Below, piece by piece: positions 1 through 7,075 of a stretch of 64,000 nucleotides of DNA. Below the pieces are notes generated by a model. The model saw only the letters and a program-made list of their open reading frames with translations, was not told the DNA's origin and did not search any database. The stretch comes from Candidatus Enterocola intestinipullorum (GTDB taxonomy: Bacteria > Bacteroidota > Bacteroidia > Bacteroidales > Paludibacteraceae). The stretch's first letter is position 1, and each line of letters begins with the position of its first letter. Both the position numbers and the translations under genes were made by a program. The stretch is from contig JADIMR010000033.1 of NCBI GenBank assembly GCA_017694565.1, positions 3,501 to 67,500 of the forward strand. The letters are read 5' to 3'.

Positions 1-1
1 A

Positions 2-1624
2 GGCAATTTGGAAAAATCTTCGGACGATTTCCGCAAAGCGTTGGAATTGGAACCGGACAATATCAACACTTCACACCTGCTCATCGAAAACCTCATACAG
101 ATGCGGCATTTCGACGAGGCCTTGCAGCTTTGCCGGCGTTCGCTTGAAGATTACCCGCGATATTCCGACACCTACCTGCTCCGTTCGCAAGTGTTCCTTG
201 CAAAAAAAGACACTTTGCGGGCCTTCGCCGATTTGGATACCGCCATAATCTATGACGGCAACAATGATATCGCGTTCGCTTTGCGTGGCATGATGAAATA
301 CGAGCAGAAGCTTTATGCGGACGGCTTGTCCGATTTGGACGAAGCGATATTGATCAACCCGTTCCGTTCGGAATACTTCGGCAATCGCGCCATTGTCAAG
401 ATGCAACTCGACGACCTGCGCGGTGCCATGTCCGATTTCGACACTTCCTTATCCATCGACAACCGCAACGTACTGAGTTATTTCAACCGCGCCTTGCTGA
501 GGGCGCAGGTCGGAGACGACAACAGGGCCGTGGAGGATTTGGACTACTGCCTCGCACTCGACCCCAACAATTACAGTGCTTACCTGCAACGTGCATACCT
601 GCATCTGAAACTCGGCGATTACGACCATGCCATAAACGACTTTTCCACTATAATCGGCAGATACCCCGACTTCGTAGTGGCATATTACGGCCGCGCACAA
701 GCCAAAAGGCTCAACGGGGACAAAAGCGGGGCAGACAAGGACGAATACGCCGCGATTACCATAGAAGATGAAATCAAAAGCGGCAAGCGCAAGCAACGTA
801 GCGGCGACGACAGGCAGCTGTCGGCCTCTGCCGAAGGCAGGGCGCTTGTCCAAGCATTGGACAAGCAGCGCGGGACGCGCTACGACAGCGATTTGCGCGG
901 CCAGGTGCAATACAAGGACATAGATGTCGAGCCATTGGGCAACTTCACGATGTCCCGCCCCGATACTGCACGGCACATCAGCAATATAAAACTTTACAAT
1001 GCCGGCATAGAACGGTTCAACGCCGCCACGGGGGAAGACCTTGAATTCTGTATCTACCGCGACAATATCACCGCCGCGCAATTGGACAGCTGCTTCAAAC
1101 GCATCGAATACACTACCCGACTGATAAACGAAACCGGATATGATGAAATGTTGCTGATGCAAAGAGCCTATTGCCTGTCCATTGTCGGGGATTACGACAA
1201 CGCCCTTGCCGACTACGACAGGATACTGCCGCACAATCCCGCGAATGTCCTCGCGTATTTCAACCGCGCCAATGCCCGTTTGGCGGAAGCCATGGCAAGT
1301 GCCGGCGAGGATAAAAATGTGCCGCAGGCCGAATACAGTCTTGCAATCAGCGATTTTAATATGGCATTCAATTTGGACAACAGGTTCGTATACGCCTTGT
1401 ACAATGCCGGCTACGTATATCTTTTGGAAAAGAATTTCGCCAAGGCCTCGGAATGCTTCACAAAGGCGATAGGAATATTTCCGGAATTTGCCGAAGCGTA
1501 TTACAACCGCGGGCTTATCTACATATTCCAAGGCGACAAGGAAAAAGGCCGTGAAGATTTGTCGAAAGCCGGGGAACTCGGATTGCACCAAGCCTACAAC
1601 GTTATAAGGCGTTACGCTTATTGA
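2..1624 (+). CDS. TPR-repeat protein, 5' end probably outside the window
   Basis: Track ORF 8..1624 begins at a TTG and the frame stays open back to base 2. Repeated TPR-like units (AYYGRAQA, AYFNRANA, AYYNRGLIY, A-x-x-D-x-x-x-A-I/L-x-L-D-P/N patterns). The last 7 codons lie inside a palindrome (1601-1644). Confidence 0.8.
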   Translation, partial: GNLEKSSDDFRKALELEPDNINTSHLLIENLIQMRHFDEALQLCRRSLEDYPRYSDTYLLRSQVFLAKKDTLRAFADLDTAIIYDGNNDIAFALRGMMKYEQKLYADGLSDLDEAILINPFRSEYFGNRAIVKMQLDDLRGAMSDFDTSLSIDNRNVLSYFNRALLRAQVGDDNRAVEDLDYCLALDPNNYSAYLQRAYLHLKLGDYDHAINDFSTIIGRYPDFVVAYYGRAQAKRLNGDKSGADKDEYAAITIEDEIKSGKRKQRSGDDRQLSASAEGRALVQALDKQRGTRYDSDLRGQVQYKDIDVEPLGNFTMSRPDTARHISNIKLYNAGIERFNAATGEDLEFCIYRDNITAAQLDSCFKRIEYTTRLINETGYDEMLLMQRAYCLSIVGDYDNALADYDRILPHNPANVLAYFNRANARLAEAMASAGEDKNVPQAEYSLAISDFNMAFNLDNRFVYALYNAGYVYLLEKNFAKASECFTKAIGIFPEFAEAYYNRGLIYIFQGDKEKGREDLSKAGELGLHQAYNVIRRYAY

Positions 1625-1644
1625 TAAGCGTAACGCCTTATAAC
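1601..1644 (+). terminator. 44-bp perfect palindrome centred on the TPR gene stop codon (possible intrinsic terminator, weak T tract)
   Basis: GTTATAAGGCGTTACGCTTAT-TG-ATAAGCGTAACGCCTTATAAC. Arms 1601-1621 and 1624-1644 are exact reverse complements. The TGA stop is 1622-1624. It is followed by GTTGTATATT, not a clean U-run. Confidence 0.4.
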
Positions 1645-1656
1645 GTTGTATATTCC

Positions 1657-1783
1657 TTGTCTTATCCCCCGAAGAAAATTGCGTAGCAATTTTCTTCTGC
1701 CCCCAAAGGGGGCGGTCTTCCTTGAACGTATTGCTTTCACTAAAAGACCTACTTTCAACATGGTACAAACACTACGAGGTGCT
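1657..1783 (+). repeat. Intergenic repeat module A, copy A1
   Basis: 127 bp that differs from 20934-21060 at only 4 positions by eye. Contains hairpins GAAGAAAATTGC-GTA-GCAATTTTCTTC (1671-1697) and CCCCC-AAA-GGGGG (1700-1712). Confidence 0.95.
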
Positions 1784-1793
1784 TGCTGCAACT

Positions 1794-1835
1794 AACCACT
1801 AACCACTATCCACTGATACCTGATACCTGACACCT
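1794..1835 (+). repeat. 7-nt periodic tract
   Basis: AACCACT AACCACT ATCCACT GATACCT GATACCT GACACCT, six tandem heptamers. Related tracts are at 18391-18418, 19332-19360, 21064-21098, 44524-44551 and 49397-49424. Confidence 0.9.
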
Positions 1836-1919
1836 GAAAATTCGCGCAAGCCGAAGCCAGAAGCTGAACTTGTTCATATTATGGTAAGGCGCAGCCGAAT
1901 TTGGGCGAAGCCAAACCTG
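1832..1919 (+). repeat. Intergenic repeat module B, diverged copy B4
   Basis: 5' ACCTGAAAATTCG and the 3' 29 nt GCAGCCGAATTTGGGCGAAGCCAAACCTG (1891-1919) are identical to copy B2 (21152-21180). The central part is replaced and carries a different small hairpin, GAAC-TT-GTTC (1866-1875). Confidence 0.85.
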
Positions 1920-1957
1920 CCGCGAAGCGGCTAACTAACCACTAACCTGCTGCGCAG

Positions 1958-2139
1958 GCTTGCCATTGTCTTATCCCCCGTAAAATCATCGAAGATGATT
2001 TATTGAGTTTCTCCAAATTCGGCTGCACTTGGCATAGTCCAAACAAGTTTGTCCTCTGCTCTCGTTTGCACGAATTTTCTGCCCCCAGAGGGGGCGACCT
2101 GCCTTGACCCTTGTGCTTTCACTACGAGCTGCACGATTT
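1958..2139 (+). repeat. Module A copy A3, interrupted by a reverse-oriented module B copy (B3, 2008-2078) and carrying a 32-bp internal deletion
   Basis: GCTTGCCATTGTCTTATCCCCCG, then hairpin AAATCATC-GAA-GATGATTT (1983-2001), then the B-like insert. This is followed by CTGCCCCC-AGA-GGGGGCG (2079-2096) and CCTTGACCCTTGTGCTTTCACTACGAGCTGC. Confidence 0.8.
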
Positions 2140-2143
2140 AACT

Positions 2144-2192
2144 ATCCACTAATCAGCATTTTTAATTTTACATTTTCAATTATGCATTGGTG
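2144..2192 (+). repeat. Intergenic repeat module C, copy C1 (CCACTAATCAGC plus TTTTNAA heptamers)
   Basis: ATCCACTAATCAGCATTTTTAATTTTACATTTTCAATTATGCATTGGTG aligns with 19339-19410 in the same orientation. Confidence 0.8.
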
Positions 2193-2211
2193 AAATTCCA
2201 CTAAATTGCCC

Positions 2212-2219
2212 TATCTTTG
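2212..2219 (+). promoter_or_regulatory. Candidate Bacteroides-type -7 box upstream of purL
   Basis: TATCTTTG fits the TAnnTTTG consensus and lies 48 nt upstream of the ATG at 2268. No experimental support. Confidence 0.3.
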
Positions 2220-2267
2220 AACTCGTTTGTGAAACTGCATATCAGAACGCCAATATAATTACTTACG

Positions 2268-5200
2268 ATGATTTCTTTTTTCAAAAAATCCGATGGGAAT
2301 TATTACGCGGTTGAGACCGCTACCCCGGTTACAAGCGAATCTTGCGAAAAATTGCAATGGCTTTTCGGTGGCGCAGAGCTTTGCGGCAGCGAAAAAATCG
2401 ATGGCAAGTTCATCGGGCCGCGAAGGGAAATGATAACTCCGTGGAGTACAAATGCGGTAGAAATAACCCAAAACATGGGAATGGAAGGTATAAGCCGCAT
2501 CGAAGAGTATATACAAGATAACGGCGGAGCTTTCGACCCGATGCTCCAACGCAAATACGACGGTCTTGACCAGGATATTTTCAAAGTGGACAAGACTCCG
2601 GACCCGATAGTATACATTGATGACATTGAAAGTTACAATCAAAGTGAAGGATTGGCATTGAGTCCACGTGAAGTGGAATACCTGAAAGAGGTGGAGCAAA
2701 AGCTCGGACGCAAGCTTACCGACAGCGAAGTGTTCGGCTTTTCGCAGGTAAATTCCGAACACTGCCGCCACAAAATCTTCAACGGGCAATACATAATCGA
2801 CGGCGAGGAGAAGGAATTGTCGTTGTTCAAACTCATCAAAAAAACTTCCGAAGAAAATCCCAACCGTCTTGTTTCGGCATACAAGGACAATGTGGCTTTC
2901 AACAAGGGTCCGGAAATAATGCAGTTCGCTCCCAAAAGCGGAGACACAAGCGATTTTTTCGAATTGAAAAAAATCAAATCGGTGTTGTCGCTCAAAGCCG
3001 AAACCCATAATTTCCCCACCACGGTAGAGCCTTTCAACGGGGCGGCCACAGGTACGGGCGGCGAAATCCGCGACCGCTTGGGCGGAGGCAAAGCCAGCCT
3101 GCCGTTGGCAGGAACCGCCGTATACATGACATCGTACACACGTAACGACCATCGCAGTTGGGAAGAAAGCATCAAAGAGCGCAACTGGCTTTATCAGACT
3201 CCGGAACAAATATTGGTCAAGGCCTCCAACGGGGCTTCCGATTTCGGCAACAAATACGGCCAACCCATGATATGCGGGTCGTTGCTGACTTTCGAACACG
3301 GCGAGAAAGAACGCATATACGGGTTCGACAAAGTCATAATGCTTGCGGGGGGCGTAGGCTACACCAACAGCAGGGATGCCCTCAAAGAAGACCCTGTACC
3401 CGGTGAAAAGGTCGTGGTAATGGGCGGGGACAATTACCGCATCGGCATGGGCGGCGGCGCGGTATCCTCGGTAGATACCGGCAAATATTCAAACGCCATC
3501 GAACTGAATGCAGTTCAAAGGGCCAACCCAGAAATGCAGAAAAGGGTTGCCAATGTGATACGCAGCTTGCAGGAAAGCGACGACAATCCAATTGTTTCCA
3601 TACATGACCACGGAGCGGGAGGACATCTCAACTGCCTGTCCGAATTAGTGGAATCCACCGGTGGCCGGATAGACATGGCAAAGCTCCCCATCGGGGACAA
3701 GACTTTGTCCGACAAGGAAATCATCGGCAATGAAAGCCAGGAAAGAATGGGTATGTTGATTACCGACGAGAATATAGCCAGAGTAAAAGCGATAGCCGAC
3801 CGCGAACGTGCCCCCATGTATGTCGTAGGCGAAACCACCGGCGACATGAATTTCGTATTCGAAGACAAGGACGGCAACAAGCCAATCGACATAAAGCTCG
3901 AATACATGATCGGCAAACCGCCGCGTACCGTCATTCGCGACAATAGCGTGGAACAAAGATTCGAGGATGCACCGACATCTCCAAAGGACATCGACACGTA
4001 TCTCCGTAACGTATTGTCCACGGAAGCTGTCGCCTGCAAGGATTGGCTCACGAATAAAGTGGACCGTTCCGTAACCGGCAAAGTCGCGCGCCAACAATGT
4101 GCGGGGGAATTGCAACTTCCTTTGAGCGATTGCGGCGCGGTCGCTTTGGATTATACCGGCACGAAAGGAATCGCGACTTCGATAGGACACGCTCCCATGG
4201 CCGGGTTGGTTTCCGCACCGGCAGGATCGGTGCTGTCCATAGCCGAAGCCCTCACCAATCTCGTGTTCGCGCCTCTCGATGGAGGTCTGGAATCCGTTTC
4301 CCTGTCCGCTAACTGGATGTGGCCATGCAAAAACGAAGGCGAGGACGCACGACTATACTCGGCAGTCGAAGCGTGCAGCAATTTCGCCATTGAACTCGGA
4401 GTAAACATCCCCACGGGCAAGGACAGCCTCTCCATGACCCAGAAATACGGGGAAAACAAAGTAATGGCTCCCGGCACGGTGATAATATCGGCTGCCGGAG
4501 AGGTAAGCGACATAAGGAAAATTGTCAGTCCCGTCGTGGTCAACGACCCGAAAACCGATATTTATTATATCGATTTCTCATTCCATAAAATGTGCTTGGG
4601 AGGGTCCGTGCTCTACCAGACACTGGGCAAAATAGGCAGTGAAGCTCCGGACGTGGCAAACAGCGAATATTTCGTATCGGCTTTCAATGCCGTACAGAAA
4701 CTCATTAAAGAAGGGTTCGTATTGGCCGGACACGACATATCCGCAGGCGGTCTTGTAACCTGCCTTTTGGAAATGTGCTTTGCAAACACCACCGGTGGTT
4801 TGAACGTGAACCTTTCAGGCATTGCGGAACCTGACATGGTCAAAGTCCTGTTTGCTGAAAATCCGGGAGTTTGCCTGCAAGTAAGACATAAGGAAAAGGT
4901 AGAAAAAATCTTGAACGAGGCGGGAGTGGCATACGCGAAAATAGCATATCCCGCAACCGGCAACCGCAATATGCGCATACGCAAGGACGGTACGGAGCTC
5001 AATTTCGACATAGACGGACTCAGGGACATCTGGTACCGCCCGTCATACTTGCTCGATTGCAAGCAAAGCGGTGAAACCTGTGCGAAAGCAAGGTTCGAAA
5101 ATTACAAGAACCAGAAACTCGACCTTTACCTGAAACAGGCTTTCAGAGGAAACATGGCAGCCTACGGGATAAGGACGCCCCACCCTGCAAGCGGAGTGAA

Positions 5201-5942
5201 AGCCGCAATCATACGCGAAAAAGGAACGAATGGTGAACGCGAAATGGCGTACGCCCTTTACCTTGCAGGATTCGATGTCAAAGACGTGCACATGACCGAC
5301 CTCGCAAGCGGACGCGAAACCCTGGAAGACATCAGCATGATCGTATTCTGCGGCGGATTTTCCAATTCGGATGTCCTTGGTTCGGCAAAAGGCTGGGCCG
5401 GTGTTTTCCGTTACAACGAAAAAGCCAAGACTGCCCTGGAAAAATTCTATGCCCGAAAAGACACACTGAGTTTGGGTATATGCAACGGTTGCCAGCTTAT
5501 GATAGAATTGGGCTTGGTAAATCCTGACCACGATGAAAAGCCCCGGATGCTGCACAACGACTCGCACAAATTCGAATCTTCGTTCGTCGGCGTGGACATT
5601 CCCAAAAACGATTCCGTCATGTTCGGGTCGCTCGGCGGCAGCAGGCTCGGAATATGGGTGGCGCACGGCGAAGGCAAATTCCATCTGCCAAAAGCTGAAA
5701 ACGAATACCGCATAGTGGCCAAGTACCATTACTCCGGCTATCCCGGCAATCCGAACGGCTCGGACTACGATGTAGCAGGCATTTGTTCGTCGGACGGCCG
5801 CCATTTGGCCATGATGCCGCATTTGGAACGTGCTATCTTCCCCTGGCAATGGGCTTATTATCCCGAAGGCAGGAACGATGAAGTTTCACCGTGGATAGAG
5901 GCATTCGTGAACGCCCGCAAATGGATAGAAAACGCACGTTGA
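2268..5942 (+). CDS. purL: Phosphoribosylformylglycinamidine (FGAM) synthase, single-chain large form
   Basis: 1224 aa. Has AIR-synthase-like repeats (GAATGTGGEIRD, DHGAGGHLN, HDISAGG) and a C-terminal class-I glutamine amidotransferase with GICNGCQ and AHGEG. Confidence 0.97.
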   Translation: MISFFKKSDGNYYAVETATPVTSESCEKLQWLFGGAELCGSEKIDGKFIGPRREMITPWSTNAVEITQNMGMEGISRIEEYIQDNGGAFDPMLQRKYDGLDQDIFKVDKTPDPIVYIDDIESYNQSEGLALSPREVEYLKEVEQKLGRKLTDSEVFGFSQVNSEHCRHKIFNGQYIIDGEEKELSLFKLIKKTSEENPNRLVSAYKDNVAFNKGPEIMQFAPKSGDTSDFFELKKIKSVLSLKAETHNFPTTVEPFNGAATGTGGEIRDRLGGGKASLPLAGTAVYMTSYTRNDHRSWEESIKERNWLYQTPEQILVKASNGASDFGNKYGQPMICGSLLTFEHGEKERIYGFDKVIMLAGGVGYTNSRDALKEDPVPGEKVVVMGGDNYRIGMGGGAVSSVDTGKYSNAIELNAVQRANPEMQKRVANVIRSLQESDDNPIVSIHDHGAGGHLNCLSELVESTGGRIDMAKLPIGDKTLSDKEIIGNESQERMGMLITDENIARVKAIADRERAPMYVVGETTGDMNFVFEDKDGNKPIDIKLEYMIGKPPRTVIRDNSVEQRFEDAPTSPKDIDTYLRNVLSTEAVACKDWLTNKVDRSVTGKVARQQCAGELQLPLSDCGAVALDYTGTKGIATSIGHAPMAGLVSAPAGSVLSIAEALTNLVFAPLDGGLESVSLSANWMWPCKNEGEDARLYSAVEACSNFAIELGVNIPTGKDSLSMTQKYGENKVMAPGTVIISAAGEVSDIRKIVSPVVVNDPKTDIYYIDFSFHKMCLGGSVLYQTLGKIGSEAPDVANSEYFVSAFNAVQKLIKEGFVLAGHDISAGGLVTCLLEMCFANTTGGLNVNLSGIAEPDMVKVLFAENPGVCLQVRHKEKVEKILNEAGVAYAKIAYPATGNRNMRIRKDGTELNFDIDGLRDIWYRPSYLLDCKQSGETCAKARFENYKNQKLDLYLKQAFRGNMAAYGIRTPHPASGVKAAIIREKGTNGEREMAYALYLAGFDVKDVHMTDLASGRETLEDISMIVFCGGFSNSDVLGSAKGWAGVFRYNEKAKTALEKFYARKDTLSLGICNGCQLMIELGLVNPDHDEKPRMLHNDSHKFESSFVGVDIPKNDSVMFGSLGGSRLGIWVAHGEGKFHLPKAENEYRIVAKYHYSGYPGNPNGSDYDVAGICSSDGRHLAMMPHLERAIFPWQWAYYPEGRNDEVSPWIEAFVNARKWIENAR

Positions 5943-5979
5943 CGGCAAGCAGCAAGTAACCGGTTATACGACACCTGCC

Positions 5980-6534
5980 ATGTTGAAAAGTCTGTTCGAC
6001 ATATTTGCCACTTTTTTCAAGATAGGATTGTTCACTTTCGGCGGCGGTTATGCAATGTTGCCAATGATAGAAGCCGATGTCGTGGACAAGAAGCATTGGA
6101 TGGAAAAGAATGAATTCGTGGACATGTTGGCAATTGTCCAAAGTGTTCCCGGAGCGATAGCCATCAACACGTCCATCTATGTGGGATACAAGCACGGAGG
6201 TTTCATCGGTGCGTTGGCTGCCATTCTCGGCACCGTGCTGCCATCGTTCATCATCATCCTGCTTATAGCGATGGTTTTTACGGACATTCAAGACAATCCT
6301 ACCGTGGAAAAGGTATTCAAGGGAATGCGTCCGGCCGTGGTGGCTCTCATTGCCGCACCGCTCATCCGTATGGGCAAATCGGCCGGCATAACGGTAAAGA
6401 CATTCTGGATTCCCGTTGCCGCCGCGCTTTTGGTATGGCTTGCAGGAGTTTCGCCGGTGTATATAATCATCGGAGCGATAATTTTGGGAATTGCATGGAA
6501 CTTGATAAAAGAAAAAAGGGAATTTAAGCGATGA
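5980..6534 (+). CDS. Chromate transporter (CHR) family protein, short-chain half 1
   Basis: 184-aa multi-pass membrane protein with FTFGGGYAMLP. It pairs with the next gene through an ATGA start/stop overlap. Confidence 0.85.
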   Translation: MLKSLFDIFATFFKIGLFTFGGGYAMLPMIEADVVDKKHWMEKNEFVDMLAIVQSVPGAIAINTSIYVGYKHGGFIGALAAILGTVLPSFIIILLIAMVFTDIQDNPTVEKVFKGMRPAVVALIAAPLIRMGKSAGITVKTFWIPVAAALLVWLAGVSPVYIIIGAIILGIAWNLIKEKREFKR

Positions 6535-7055
6535 TGGTTTATTGGCAACTTTTCCTGTCTTTTCTGAAAGTCGGGCTTTTCGGTTTCGGGGGAGGATATG
6601 CAATAGTCGCCCTGATTCAACACGAGTTGGTGGAAAAACATGCTTGGATAAGTATGGGCGACTTTACCAACATCGTGGCCATATCGCAAATGACACCGGG
6701 CCCGCTGGCTATCAACAGCGCGACATACGTCGGCTACGCAGCCACATCGTCCGTATGGGGTTCCGTAGTGGCGACAGCTGCCGTGGTGCTTCCATCGTTG
6801 GTGCTCATGACCATAATCTGCGTTTTCCTGGTAAAGTTCCGGAACAACAAATATGTCGAATACGCTTTTTGGGGATTGCGTCCGACAGTCGTCGGGCTTA
6901 TCGCGGCGGCCGCGTTGGTTTTGGCAAACTCCTCGAACTTCATTGATATTTACAGCTTCATTATCTTTGCCGTGGTGTGCATCACCACGATTAAAAAGGC
7001 GAATCCGATAATAATGCTGATATTAAGCGGCATAGCCGGCTATTTCATTTATTGA
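6531..7055 (+). CDS. Chromate transporter (CHR) family protein, short-chain half 2
   Basis: 174-aa membrane protein with FGFGGGYAIVALI. Confidence 0.85.
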   Translation: MMVYWQLFLSFLKVGLFGFGGGYAIVALIQHELVEKHAWISMGDFTNIVAISQMTPGPLAINSATYVGYAATSSVWGSVVATAAVVLPSLVLMTIICVFLVKFRNNKYVEYAFWGLRPTVVGLIAAAALVLANSSNFIDIYSFIIFAVVCITTIKKANPIIMLILSGIAGYFIY

Positions 7056-7075
7056 CGAAAAACAAGTCCTGGACA

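Noticed and set aside
449-1768. 439-aa minus-strand ORF antisense to the TPR gene
   Set aside because: It fully shadows a well-supported gene, has no motif, and its N-terminus runs into intergenic repeat module A. This is a typical antisense shadow ORF.
2259-6603. Long antisense or alternative-frame ORFs within purL and the chromate transporter genes (for example 2259..3299, 5043..5849, 5833..6603)
   Set aside because: They overlap strongly supported CDSs and have low-complexity, His/Arg/Cys-rich composition with no recognisable domains.
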